Source: Terriglobales bacterium (GTDB lineage: Bacteria > Acidobacteriota > Terriglobia > Terriglobales > Acidobacteriaceae). Taken from it: DNA of 64,000 nucleotides. The DNA lies in contig DATFSK010000015.1 of NCBI GenBank assembly GCA_035262645.1, positions 22,729 through 86,728 on the forward strand, given 5' to 3'. The translations under genes were made by a program, and so were the position numbers. Below, in pieces: positions 1-9,255 of this stretch (position 1 is the first letter of the stretch; the number at the start of each line of letters is the position of its first letter). The notes beneath the pieces are model-generated. The model saw only the letters and a program-made list of their open reading frames with translations, was not told where the DNA came from and ran no database searches.

Positions 1-2036
1 TGGTTCGGGCCATCGCCGTTGAGGAAGCCTGAGCCGTAGTTGAAGGTGATCCCGGCGAAGCTGCGCCAGGGCAGGTCTCCTTCGGCCCCGGCAGAGAACG
101 TGTTCCGCTGGTCGTGATCGAGGAAGTAGCCGCCTTGCGGAGGAGGGGTGAAATCGGTGAGACCGCCGGTGACTGCTCCGAAGCCCTGGACGGTCTGGTT
201 GGAATAGACGGCGTGCGCGCGGAAGCGATGCAGCAGCAGAGGAGAACGCAGCGTGGTCTCGAAGCCTTCGACGCGGCCGGCTTGAATGGTGAGTGGGAGA
301 AAGATATTGGAGTTGCCGAGCGCATCGTGGTCGAAGTAGTTTTGCGCGCCGGTGTGGAAATAAGTTTCGCTGAGCGTCCAGCCGTGAAAGGGAATCGCGA
401 TGCCGTACTCCTGCTGAATATCGCGTTCGCCTTGCAGCGGCAGGAAGGTGAATCCCTGGCTGGCGGCGAACTGCACGAGGGGACCGGAGACAGTATCGAG
501 CGGCGGGGGCTGATAGAAGTACGAATAGGCCGCGCGCAGCACCCAGTTGAGCTTCGGGAGTTGAATGGAGACGCCAAGGCGCGGATCGGCGGCGTTCTCA
601 TTGAGCTCGCCGGCGAAATGCGTGAGGCGGATGCCGCCGCTCAGAGTCAGCCACCGGGTGGCTTTGAACTGGTCTTCCAGAAAGAGCGCTTCGAGATTGC
701 CGCCGGGAAAGACGCGCTGGCTGAACTGGTCGCCGGAGCCGTCGTTCGCAATCACGGAGAAGAACGAGTTGTCCTGCTGCGCGAAGGCGTATAGGCCGAC
801 GCGCGCATTGTTGCGCTGGTTGATGGCGGCGAGGGTGATCTGTCCGCCTTCGTAGTTGGAGGCGCGATTGTCGGTGGCGATGGGAACGTCGCTGAGACCG
901 CCTTCGTAAGCCGTGCGGTTGAAGTGATAAAAGGGCGAAACGATCAGGCTGAGGCCGGGACTGTAGCTGTGCGCCCAGGTGAAGGTGCTGAAGATGTCCT
1001 GCTCGCGCTCGCGATCGTCAACGCCGGCGGCTTGCATGTCGGGCGTGTTCGGGACCTGGTAGTAATCGAGGCGCAGGCCGGCGACGAAGCGAAGCTGGTC
1101 TTTGGAATTTGGATTGTAGAGCAGGGAAGTGAAGGCGCCGCCGCCTTGCGCCTGATTGTGCAGATTGACGGGCGTGGGCGGCTCGAGCCCCCACTCGGTG
1201 CTGTTGCCGCTGCCGCTGACGTAGTAGGCGAATTTTTCAGTGTGATCGCCGAAGCTGAGCCAGTCATCGGTCTGATTGTAGTTGCCGTAACCGGCGATCA
1301 ACTCCGCCTCACGATTGCGCTCGAAGCCGCTGTTGGGCGCCACGTTGAAGAGGCCGTAGATGCGATCGCCATATTCAGCGGCGTAGCTGCCCGTTTCGGC
1401 TTGCAGGTAGGAGATGTCTTTGGGATTGAATTGCGGACCGACGCTGGATGCGATGGCGGTGTTGGGAACGGGAACGCCGTCGATGGCCCAGGTGACCTGA
1501 TGACCGCCGCGGACATGCAGCTGGTCATGGACCATGTAGGAGCCGGGGACGAAGTTGGTGATCATTTTGAAGCTGGTGCTGGAGTCGACGCCGGCGTACT
1601 GGAAGATTTGTTTCTGCGAGATGAGGATGTCGCGACGGGGGGAATCGGGATCAACAGCTTCAGGCGAGGCGGTGACAGTAACTTCTTCCTTCGCGCCGGC
1701 GAGAGCGAGCGCGTAATGCAGAACTGGCGCCGATCCTGAGACGACGGTTAGCGCCTGCGATTGCGTGGTGAAACCGGAAGCGTCGACGGTGACGGTGTAC
1801 TTGCCGAGGGGGACGGCGTCGAAGTAGAACTCGCCGTCGTTGCTGGTGGCGATGGTCTGCTTGTATTGCGAGTCGGCGGCCTGGAGGGTGATCTGAGCGC
1901 CGGCGACGGGATGGTGCTGGGGGTCGTGAACAACACCGCGAACGTTGCCGAAGACCGTGGCCGCGGCCGGTAGATACGCGGCGAGGAGCAGCGCCAGGAG
2001 TCCACGGATAGGGAACGGTCGAGTCATGAGATTCAT
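1..2036 (-). CDS. TonB-dependent receptor with N-terminal carboxypeptidase-regulatory-like domain (partial; C-terminus lies beyond window start)
   Basis: Absent from the ORF track because it runs off the edge. Hand translation of the minus strand from the ATG at 2036 gives MNLMTRPFPIRGLLALLLAAYLPAAATVFGNVRGVVHDPQHHPVAGAQITLQAADSQYKQTIATSNDGEFYFDAVPLGKYTVTVDASGF (signal peptide plus CarboxypepD_reg-like fold). The frame stays open to position 1 and contains plug/barrel-like segments (LHVRGGHQVTWAIDGVPV, FLEDQFKATRWLTLSGGIRL). Confidence 0.85.
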   Translation of the reverse strand, partial: MNLMTRPFPIRGLLALLLAAYLPAAATVFGNVRGVVHDPQHHPVAGAQITLQAADSQYKQTIATSNDGEFYFDAVPLGKYTVTVDASGFTTQSQALTVVSGSAPVLHYALALAGAKEEVTVTASPEAVDPDSPRRDILISQKQIFQYAGVDSSTSFKMITNFVPGSYMVHDQLHVRGGHQVTWAIDGVPVPNTAIASSVGPQFNPKDISYLQAETGSYAAEYGDRIYGLFNVAPNSGFERNREAELIAGYGNYNQTDDWLSFGDHTEKFAYYVSGSGNSTEWGLEPPTPVNLHNQAQGGGAFTSLLYNPNSKDQLRFVAGLRLDYYQVPNTPDMQAAGVDDREREQDIFSTFTWAHSYSPGLSLIVSPFYHFNRTAYEGGLSDVPIATDNRASNYEGGQITLAAINQRNNARVGLYAFAQQDNSFFSVIANDGSGDQFSQRVFPGGNLEALFLEDQFKATRWLTLSGGIRLTHFAGELNENAADPRLGVSIQLPKLNWVLRAAYSYFYQPPPLDTVSGPLVQFAASQGFTFLPLQGERDIQQEYGIAIPFHGWTLSETYFHTGAQNYFDHDALGNSNIFLPLTIQAGRVEGFETTLRSPLLLHRFRAHAVYSNQTVQGFGAVTGGLTDFTPPPQGGYFLDHDQRNTFSAGAEGDLPWRSFAGITFNYGSGFLNGDGPN

Positions 2037-2127
2037 CCCACAATGTGGGATGGGGGAACAGCAATGGGCCGCCGGGTCGAGCTGTTATCGGCCGGCCGAA
2101 CGGCCCGCTGAAAACGTCGAACCGCAG

Positions 2128-2164
2128 GTCCCCTTCGCGCCGAAGCGCTCCGCGGGGATGACAA
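2128..2164 (-). repeat. TTGTCATCC-type hairpin repeat, copy in reverse orientation
   Basis: The reverse complement reads TTGTCATCCCCGCGGAGCGCTTCGGCGCGAAGGGGAC. It shares the TTGTCATCC...RGGGAY frame with copies at 21987, 23618, 23826, 52175 and 54766. Confidence 0.6.
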
Positions 2165-2231
2165 TAAGAAACGGCTTAGACGCCGGCCTGACGGCCAGCC
2201 CTACTCCGTAAACACGAAAAACAAGCAGGAA

Positions 2232-2570
2232 CTAAGCGAGGGGAGGGCCGCGTTTAGGAGGAACCAGCGACGAATTTTGCGAAACACGCGGTGACGGGAA
2301 AGGAGTGGAATCGCTCCAATTCGCATTCAGCAACAAAGTTTGCGCGGCAATGCGAAGTGCGGTCGTCGAGTGCGAAAGCAAAGCTGCGGAACGACGGTAT
2401 GGACAAATGGCCGCGACGGAAGAGAAGCCATCCGATTGCGCCGGAGCTGCACAGTGATGCCGGCCATTGCGGCGGCAGCAGGCGTGGACGGGTGCAGGCG
2501 CCGAGAAAAATGGCGGTGCAATCGGTCCAAGCAGCACTACCAGCAGCAAACTGGCGAACCACCGTCGCAT
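2232..2570 (-). CDS. hypothetical small secreted Cys/His-rich protein
   Basis: Internal Met of track ORF 2232..2645: MRRWFASLLLVVLLGPIAPPFFSAPAPVHACCRRNGRHHCAAP... A signal-peptide-like N-terminus is followed by 4 Cys. No family recognised. Confidence 0.4.
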   Translation of the reverse strand: MRRWFASLLLVVLLGPIAPPFFSAPAPVHACCRRNGRHHCAAPAQSDGFSSVAAICPYRRSAALLSHSTTALRIAAQTLLLNANWSDSTPFPSPRVSQNSSLVPPKRGPPLA

Positions 2571-2700
2571 GAGCAGGGATTTTACTATACGCACAAGGGC
2601 GACGTGTCTCGGAGTTGTGACAATCTCGCAAATCGCGCGTCTCATCCGCTGTGCCCATTACAATAAGGATCATTCAGACCACGTTAGCCGGAGAGACTGA

Positions 2701-3111
2701 GTGCGCTATCTGATCGTCATTCTTGCCGTGATTGGGATTGCGGTTTCGTCGCTTGCGTTGAAGGTGCATTACGACGATCCCGGCAAAGAGCCGTGCAGTA
2801 TCAACGAGAGGTGGGATTGCGGCGTGGTCAATCACAGCCCGTACGCGGTGATTCTAGGCGTGCCGGTGGCGGCGATCGGGATCGCGGGATATCTGCTGAT
2901 TGGGGTGCTGGGGTTTGCGCGGCGCAGAGGTTGGCTGCTGGCGGCGACGCTGGTTGGGTTCGCGTTTGCGTTGTATCTGACGAACGTCGAGGCACACGTG
3001 CTCGAGGTGTATTGCCTGTATTGCGTGATCTCGCAGGGGATCATTGCGTTGCTGGCGTTGCTGGCGATTGGGTGGGTGGTCTCGGTGCGGATGCGGGCGC
3101 GCACGGCGTAG
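2701..3111 (+). CDS. vitamin K epoxide reductase (VKOR) family membrane protein
   Basis: 136 aa with a GTG start and 4 predicted TM segments. Loop Cys pair CSINERWDC and membrane CxxC (CLYC) are typical of bacterial VKOR homologs. Confidence 0.85.
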   Translation: MRYLIVILAVIGIAVSSLALKVHYDDPGKEPCSINERWDCGVVNHSPYAVILGVPVAAIGIAGYLLIGVLGFARRRGWLLAATLVGFAFALYLTNVEAHVLEVYCLYCVISQGIIALLALLAIGWVVSVRMRARTA

Positions 3112-3153
3112 TCGGAACATCGAGGCGTCCCTGCCGGGACTACAGCTCAGCGG

Positions 3154-3519
3154 CTAGTCCAAACCAGATTCGTTGTTCGATTGCGCCGCTGAGGGCTGCA
3201 TGAGCTGGCGCAGGGCTTCGATGTAGGCCATCAACTGCGCGACCAGGTCGCCGGCGCGGGCTGCGTCTCTGGCCAGGCTGGCCTGTTCGACGGCGAGCGC
3301 CATCGCCTCACCGCTGGCCGCGCCCAGATAGCCGAGGCTTCCTTTGAGCGAATGTGCAGCCTCGCGCAGCGCCCCAAAATCCTTCTGCGAAAGCGATTGC
3401 GTGAGGCGGCTGGCGAACTTGGGATATTCTTCGAAGAAAATGGCGATCAGCTCAACTAACAGAGACTCGTCACCTCCGACCCGTTCCAACGCAGCCGCGT
3501 AATTCCAACCGCCGGACAT
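3154..3519 (-). CDS. Hpt (histidine phosphotransfer) domain protein
   Basis: AAHSLKGSLGYLGA motif with the phosphorylatable His in a four-helix-bundle-like sequence. ATG at 3519 is preferred over GTG at 3543 because GGAGG lies about 10 nt upstream. Confidence 0.8.
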   Translation of the reverse strand: MSGGWNYAAALERVGGDESLLVELIAIFFEEYPKFASRLTQSLSQKDFGALREAAHSLKGSLGYLGAASGEAMALAVEQASLARDAARAGDLVAQLMAYIEALRQLMQPSAAQSNNESGLD

Positions 3520-3593
3520 GGTAGCGGCGCCTCCGATGCGCACGGCAACTCAGTATTTTTATCGGCGGATGGAGCGCGAGCTTGAACGCGCGG

Positions 3594-6224
3594 TCACCAG
3601 CTGGAAGGCAATGCGTCAGCCAGTTCGGTGGTGAGCGACCACTCGATGGCGCGCATCTTTTCCGAGCCGAGCTTTTGGCCATCGAAGGTGATGTAAAAGA
3701 CGTCGTGGGCGACCGGGCCTTCGGTGTCGATCAGCGCGATCTCGATGCTGCAGCCTTCCGCCGTCAAAGCCGAGCTGATGGTGTGCAGCAGTCCAGGCCG
3801 GTCCTGGGTGACGACCTCCAGCATGGTGCTGCGCATAGAACAATCGTTGTCGTAGCGCAGGCGAGTTTCGATCGTAAGCTTAAGCGGCCGTTGATCGGCT
3901 TTCAGCCGCGATTCCACCAGGGGCTCGAGCGGAACTTCGCCCATGAGGACCTCGCGCACCGAGCGTTGAAAGCGCTCGCGCTCGGGAGGATTGAGTTCCA
4001 AAGTCTGGAACCGGTCCCTGAAGTGAAAGACGTCCACAACGGTTCCCGCACGATTGGAAAAGGCGGCGGCTTTGCTGATGTCCATTCCCCATGCATAGAG
4101 AATGCCGGCGATGGTACGGAAGAGGCCGGGGCGGTCAGTGGTGACGACGGTCAGCACATGATGTCCGTTGGTCTCTCGCGGTGCGAGCTGCACGGGCTCG
4201 CCGGCGAGGCGGCGGGCCAGGGCGAAGTGTCGCACGACTTCTTCCGCAGAGTGCGACAGCACGTAGCGCTGTGGCAGGCCGTCGAGGAAGTCCAGCATTT
4301 CGGAGCGACGCGCCGGCATGAGCGAGACAATCTTCTCAATGGCTTCGCTGGAGGCATCGGCATCGAGCCGCTCATCATCGGCACTGCGATCGAAGTAACT
4401 TGCCGTGCGCGTATACAGCCGCCACAGGTTCTCGGCTTTCCACGGAGTGAGCGCCTCGGGATTCACAGCCTTGATGTCGGCCAGCGTCATCAGGGTGAGC
4501 ATCTTCATGCGCTCCGGGGTGCCGATTTTGGCGGCAAGCTCGCGCACGGTTGTGGGGTCGTAGATATCGCGGCGGCGCATGGTGGAAGAGATTTCGAGAT
4601 GATGGGCGATGAGGAAGCAGACGGTGGCGGCGTCTTCTTCCGAAAGCTGCATCCGTTCGGTGGCAGAGGCAGCGAGTTGCAGGCTGCCGTGGACATGATC
4701 GGCGCCTTCCAGCCCTTTGCCGGTATCGTGCAACAGGAGCGCGAGGAAGAGCAGCTCCGGGTGCTCCAGCTCGGAGATGAGCTGCGCGAAGGGTTGCAGC
4801 GGACCTTCGCGCTCATGCTCGAGCTGATGCAGGACGCCAATGGCGGTGAACGTATGCTCGTCCACGGTGTAGCGGTGATAGAGATCGCGCAAGACCAGCA
4901 GGTCGATGGCTTCGAACTCGGGCAAGGCGCGGGTGAGCAGGTTCAGCGAATGCATGGTGCGCAGCGCATCGGCGGCGTGCGATTGGGTAAGAATTTCGCG
5001 CAAATGCTGCCAGAGAAAGCCGTCCTGGGGCATCGTTTCCGCCAGCCGTACGTGCGCATCGTTGAGGCGGCGCTCGGCATCGGCACTCAGCGCAAAGCCA
5101 TGGCGGCCAAGGAACGTGAACAGACGCAACACAACGGCGGCTTCGCGGGTGTCGGCGCTCTGCTGGAAGAACACGCGGCCATCGAGGACGGAGAACTCAG
5201 AGTTGGAGACGCGCGATCGCCAGTGCTGAAAGGAGCGGTAGAGCGACGAGCGTTCCTGCGACACCAGCGCCAGCAGTTGCGACGTGTTGCGATAGACGGC
5301 TTTCGCGTGTCGGAAATATAGGCGCATCCATTCCGAGGGAGAAACGGGGCCGGAGCCAGTGGCGATGCCGCGCGCAGCGAGCTCTTCCTGCGCCGCCCAG
5401 GTAATGGTGTTGTCGTCGCGGCCGTGGCGATAGTGGAGATGGCAGCGGGTGGAGCACAGAAACTCCGTCGCACTCAACATTTCGCTCGGCGAGGAGTTCT
5501 GGCGGACGCTGATGAGGTCCGGCCTGCGGCCTGCCGCGAGCGCGGCAATCATGCCGATCCACTTTGTGACATGGCAGTCGCGCAGGCCGCCAGGGCCGTC
5601 TTTCAGGTTCGGCTCCAGATGAAAGATGGTGTGCGCGAACCGCTCATGGCGAAGGCGGGTCATCTCAGAGAGCCGTTGCAGGAGGTCATCCGAATCGCGC
5701 GCAATGAGCTGGGGCAAAGTCCTGGCGTGCAGGCCCGCAAATAACTCCGAATCACCCGCAAGAAAGCGGCAGTCGAGGAGAGACAGGGTGAACTCGAGAT
5801 TGTTCTGCTCGAAGCGGCCGCAGTCCGTCAGCGTGCGCACGGTGGGGCTTACCCGGAGACCACAGTCCCACATTGTCTGACAAAAGGCGGTAACCCGGTC
5901 CTTGATGCGGTCGCGTGAAAGCTCGTCTTCCGTGAGGAAGAGCAGGTCAACGTCGGAATAAGGAAACAGCTCGCTTCTGCCAAAGCCACCGGTGGCGATC
6001 AGGGCGCAGTTGCGTTGTCCCGGGCCGAATTGCTGCTCCCACACTGTGAGAGCAAGCCTGTCGACAATGCGGGTGCGGCTGCTCAGGGAAGCCAGGCCGG
6101 AACCCGCAGCCTCAAAATCCCGCTGGACACGCAGGAAATCCTGGCGATATTGATCGCGCGAGGCGCCCGGGGCCGAAGGGAGAGCGGAGATGGGAACAGA
6201 AGGCGGCTGCGGCTGGGTGGTCAT
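3594..6224 (-). CDS. glnD: [protein-PII] uridylyltransferase / uridylyl-removing enzyme
   Basis: 876 aa. Nucleotidyltransferase motif GGFGRSELFPYSDVDLLFL, HD domain LLLHDTGKG, and two C-terminal ACT-like repeats. The start overlaps the glnK stop (ATGA). Confidence 0.95.
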   Translation of the reverse strand: MTTQPQPPSVPISALPSAPGASRDQYRQDFLRVQRDFEAAGSGLASLSSRTRIVDRLALTVWEQQFGPGQRNCALIATGGFGRSELFPYSDVDLLFLTEDELSRDRIKDRVTAFCQTMWDCGLRVSPTVRTLTDCGRFEQNNLEFTLSLLDCRFLAGDSELFAGLHARTLPQLIARDSDDLLQRLSEMTRLRHERFAHTIFHLEPNLKDGPGGLRDCHVTKWIGMIAALAAGRRPDLISVRQNSSPSEMLSATEFLCSTRCHLHYRHGRDDNTITWAAQEELAARGIATGSGPVSPSEWMRLYFRHAKAVYRNTSQLLALVSQERSSLYRSFQHWRSRVSNSEFSVLDGRVFFQQSADTREAAVVLRLFTFLGRHGFALSADAERRLNDAHVRLAETMPQDGFLWQHLREILTQSHAADALRTMHSLNLLTRALPEFEAIDLLVLRDLYHRYTVDEHTFTAIGVLHQLEHEREGPLQPFAQLISELEHPELLFLALLLHDTGKGLEGADHVHGSLQLAASATERMQLSEEDAATVCFLIAHHLEISSTMRRRDIYDPTTVRELAAKIGTPERMKMLTLMTLADIKAVNPEALTPWKAENLWRLYTRTASYFDRSADDERLDADASSEAIEKIVSLMPARRSEMLDFLDGLPQRYVLSHSAEEVVRHFALARRLAGEPVQLAPRETNGHHVLTVVTTDRPGLFRTIAGILYAWGMDISKAAAFSNRAGTVVDVFHFRDRFQTLELNPPERERFQRSVREVLMGEVPLEPLVESRLKADQRPLKLTIETRLRYDNDCSMRSTMLEVVTQDRPGLLHTISSALTAEGCSIEIALIDTEGPVAHDVFYITFDGQKLGSEKMRAIEWSLTTELADALPSSW

Positions 6225-6559
6225 AGGGCGTTCTCGCCGCGGTCGTCGTTGCGGATGCGAATGGCCTCGTCGACGCGCGCCAGGAAGATCTTGCCGTCAC
6301 CGATTTTGCCGGTGCGGGCAGCGCTGGTGATCGCCTGGACAGCGCGCTCGACGAGGTGGTCAGGGAGAACCATTTCGATCTTGATCTTGGGCAGCAGGTC
6401 GACGCTGTATTCGCGGCCGCGATAGAACTCGGTGTGGCCCTTCTGGCGGCCGTGGCCGCGGACCTCGGTCACGGTCATGCCTTCGACACCGATTTCGATG
6501 AGGGCGTCTTTGACGGCGTCGAATTTGGCGGGTTGGATCACGGTTTCGAGTTTGGTCAT
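6221..6559 (-). CDS. glnK: nitrogen regulatory protein P-II
   Basis: Internal Met of track ORF 6221..6700: MTKLETVIQPAKFDAVKDALIEIGVEGMTVTEVRGHGRQKGHTEFYRGREY. 112 aa, T-loop Tyr present, located next to amtB. Confidence 0.95.
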   Translation of the reverse strand: MTKLETVIQPAKFDAVKDALIEIGVEGMTVTEVRGHGRQKGHTEFYRGREYSVDLLPKIKIEMVLPDHLVERAVQAITSAARTGKIGDGKIFLARVDEAIRIRNDDRGENAL

Positions 6560-6613
6560 ATGCGTACGGATTGCGCCGTCCCTGCGGGACTCCGAATTCT
6601 TTTCCGACATTGC

Positions 6614-6633
6614 CCCAGCGCTTACGCGCTGGG
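6614..6633. repeat. GC-rich REP-like hairpin (CCCAGCGC-TTAC-GCGCTGGG) in amtB-glnK spacer
   Basis: Perfect 8-bp stem read directly. Related GGCGCT/AGCGCC hairpins occur at 39445 and 48718. Confidence 0.4.
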
Positions 6634-6724
6634 CTGCGATTGCTTCGCCCTTAGGGCTCGGCTCGAACTCCGGGTGCTTGATTCTGGACGCGCGCGGCAC
6701 ATTCTCCGGAGCAAGCTCTACCGA

Positions 6725-8122
6725 CTAGGGCATCGATGCCTCCCAGTAGTAACCTTCTTCGCCGTGTTGCGTGAGATCGAGGCCCTGGACTTCGTCTTCC
6801 GCCGAGACGCGGACGCCGAGGACGAGATTCACGATCTGCAAGATGACGTAAGTACCGACAACCGCCAGAACAATCGCGATCACGACGCCCACGGCCTGGT
6901 TCGCCAGCTGGCGAAAGTTGCCGTCGATCATGCCGGAAGGCAGCACCTGTCCATGCCCATCTTTGAATATCGGATTCACCGCGCTAGTGGCGAATACGCC
7001 GGTGAGGAGCGCGCCGATGGTCCCGCCTGCGCCGTGGACGCCGAAGGCATCGAGCGAGTCGTCGTAACCGAGGCGGGCTTTCACCATGGCGACCATCGTG
7101 TAGCAGAAGACGCCGGCGATGAGGCCGATGAGCAGTGCGGACATTGGGCCGACAAATCCTGCGGCGGGAGTAATCGCGACCAGTCCGGCGACGGAGCCGG
7201 AGATAGCGCCGAGCACGCTGGGCTTGCCGTTACGAATCCACTCGGCCACGGCCCAGCCGATGGCAGCGGTCGCGGCAGCGAAATGCGTTGCGACGAAGGC
7301 GCTGGTGGCGAGCGGGCCGGCGCTCAGCGCGCTGCCGGCGTTAAAGCCGAACCATCCCACCCACAGCAGACATGCGCCGATGAAGCTGAGTACCACACTG
7401 TGGGGAGGCATCGGCTCCTTGGGAAAGCCGACGCGATGGCCGAGAAAGAGGGCGCAGACGAGGGCGGAAACTCCCGAGGTAATGTGCACGACGGTACCAC
7501 CGGCGAAGTCGAGCGTGGGGAAGCGCCCGCCGAGGCCGGCGTTCAGCAGGCCGCCTTTGCCCCAGACCATGTGCGCCATGGGCGCGTAGACGACCAGCGA
7601 CCAGAGCGTCATGAAGAGCACCATGGCGCTGAACTTCATGCGCTCGGCAAAGGCGCCGCAGATGAGTGCCGGGGTGATGATGGCGAACATCAGCTGGTAG
7701 ACCATGAAGGTCTGCTGCGGGATGGTGGCAGCGTAATCGGCGTCCGGCGCTGCGCCGACGTTGTGCAGGAAGGCGTGCTCGACGCCGCCGATGAAGCTGG
7801 TGCCGGAGGCGAAGCAAAGGCTGTAGCCGATGACGGCCCACAGCACGGTGATGAGCGCCATCATGGCGAAGCTTTGCATCATGGTGGCCAGCACGTTCTT
7901 CTTGCGCACGAGGCCGCCGTAGAAGAGGGCGAGACCGGGACCGGTCATCAGCAGCACCAGCGCGGAACAGACCAGCATCCAGGCGTTGTCGGCGGAGCCT
8001 TTGGCGTCGGCAATCTGCTGCTGCAATTGCGCGATGCGGTCGGTCGGGACAGCTTGCGCCGCCAATGTGCCGGCGAAGGCTAAGGTCATAAAAATGGGTG
8101 CGAGTTTTCGGGACAACCTCAT
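6725..8122 (-). CDS. amtB: ammonium transporter (Amt family)
   Basis: Internal Met (MRLSRKLAPIFMTLAFAGTLAAQ) of track ORF 6725..8299, with GGGAG 7 nt upstream. Amt motifs DFAGGTVVHITSG and GVHGAGGTIGALLTG. Confidence 0.95.
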   Translation of the reverse strand: MRLSRKLAPIFMTLAFAGTLAAQAVPTDRIAQLQQQIADAKGSADNAWMLVCSALVLLMTGPGLALFYGGLVRKKNVLATMMQSFAMMALITVLWAVIGYSLCFASGTSFIGGVEHAFLHNVGAAPDADYAATIPQQTFMVYQLMFAIITPALICGAFAERMKFSAMVLFMTLWSLVVYAPMAHMVWGKGGLLNAGLGGRFPTLDFAGGTVVHITSGVSALVCALFLGHRVGFPKEPMPPHSVVLSFIGACLLWVGWFGFNAGSALSAGPLATSAFVATHFAAATAAIGWAVAEWIRNGKPSVLGAISGSVAGLVAITPAAGFVGPMSALLIGLIAGVFCYTMVAMVKARLGYDDSLDAFGVHGAGGTIGALLTGVFATSAVNPIFKDGHGQVLPSGMIDGNFRQLANQAVGVVIAIVLAVVGTYVILQIVNLVLGVRVSAEDEVQGLDLTQHGEEGYYWEASMP

Positions 8123-8324
8123 GCAGTACTCCCGCCAACGAAGCTGAATCGGTGGAGGCCCGGGTTCGGGCATGTGCAAATCCGGTTTCGAGAAATCGGG
8201 TTTGTGGTCTGCGGCGCGGCCATGGAATCGATTGCGTGCTAAGAGATTTTGAATATCCGGTTTTGCGGGAAATGAGAAATTCAAAGTATTTATGCGCAAG
8301 ATCAGTTTGGGTTATCGGAGGAGA

Positions 8325-8352
8325 GTCGCCGGTTGTCCGTTGCCGGTTGTCA
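8325..8352. repeat. 7-nt-period tandem array (GTTGYCN)x4
   Basis: gtcgccg gttgtcc gttgccg gttgtca, read directly in the amtB / 8498 divergent spacer. Confidence 0.7.
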
Positions 8353-8497
8353 GGTAAAACCTCGCTATGTAGCTGTTGCGGTTGCAGTTGGGCGACCCGG
8401 ATGCTTGGATGGGAAGGCAACGATGGCGGACTGGCTGGTCATCTTTTATAAGCAAGAGAGTATTATTCTGGCACGGACATAGGTGGTGGAGGTGGGG

Positions 8498-9178
8498 ATG
8501 TACAGGATCGTCACCGTGGAGCGCGAGTACGGCGCGGGCGGAAGCCTGGTGGCGGCTGACTTGGCGCGCCGCAAGGGCTGGCAACTGCTCGACCAGCAGC
8601 TGACGTGCGAGATCGCGAGGCTGGCATCGGTGGATGAGCATGCCGTCGCGCGCCGCGAGGAGCGCTGCGATCCGCTGCTGCATCGGCTGGCGAAGGTTTT
8701 CTGGCGCGGAAGTTATGAGCGTTCGCTACCCATCTCGGATGAGAAGCTTTTTGGCGCTGACGAACTGGTGGAGCACGCGCACGAGGTCATCGAGAAGAAG
8801 GCGAAGGAAGGGAACTGTGTGATCGTAGGGCGCGGCGCGCCGTACATTTTGCGCGCGCGGCCGGATGCGTTTCACGTTTTCGTCTATGGCTCGCGCGAGA
8901 AGAAGATCGAGCGGCTGGTGAAGCTGAAGATGAGTGAGAAGGAAGCCACGGAGATGGTCGACACCATCGACCGCGAGCGAGCGGCGTTCGTGCGCAAGTA
9001 CTTCAACGCGGAGTGGCCATGCCGGCGGTTGTATCACCTGATGTTGAACTCCGATCATGGAATTGAGCACGTTACCGACACCATCATGGCGACGATGGAG
9101 GCCCTGGAGCGGCAAGGGAAGCTGGAGCCGCCGGGCAAGGGCGTGAACCTTGAGCGGGTAAAGCAGCCTGTGGGATGA
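8498..9178 (+). CDS. cytidylate kinase-like family protein
   Basis: MYRIVTVEREYGAGGSLVAADLA... N-terminal EREYGAGG motif and an overall pattern typical of the Cytidylate_kin2-like family. Internal Met of track ORF 8483..9178. Confidence 0.7.
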   Translation: MYRIVTVEREYGAGGSLVAADLARRKGWQLLDQQLTCEIARLASVDEHAVARREERCDPLLHRLAKVFWRGSYERSLPISDEKLFGADELVEHAHEVIEKKAKEGNCVIVGRGAPYILRARPDAFHVFVYGSREKKIERLVKLKMSEKEATEMVDTIDRERAAFVRKYFNAEWPCRRLYHLMLNSDHGIEHVTDTIMATMEALERQGKLEPPGKGVNLERVKQPVG

Positions 9179-9221
9179 CGCCGCGCGTGTTTGCGCTCCC
9201 TCCTTTTTGAAACAGCGAATT

Positions 9222-9255
9222 AACCACAGAGACACAGAGTCACAGAGGGAAAAGC
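9222..9255 (+). repeat. CACAGAGA-type repeat arm (solo)
   Basis: aaccacagagacacagagtcacagagggaaaagc. Same motif as the inverted arms at 56171/56277 and the reversed arm at 58030. Confidence 0.6.

Noticed and set aside
3582-5321. 579-aa plus-strand ORF
   Set aside because: It is entirely antisense to the well-supported glnD gene. It is Arg/Ala/Gly-rich with no recognisable motif, a typical high-GC antisense artefact.
6356-8083. 575-aa plus-strand ORF
   Set aside because: It is antisense to glnK and amtB. It is low-complexity Ala/Gly/Asp/His-rich sequence with no family signature.
8469-8485. Sigma-54-like TGGCAC-N5 motif (ctggcacggacataggt) upstream of the 8498 gene
   Set aside because: The -12 element reads TAGGT instead of TTGCW, so the essential GC is missing. 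I also found no correctly spaced GG-N10-GC upstream of amtB on the minus strand.
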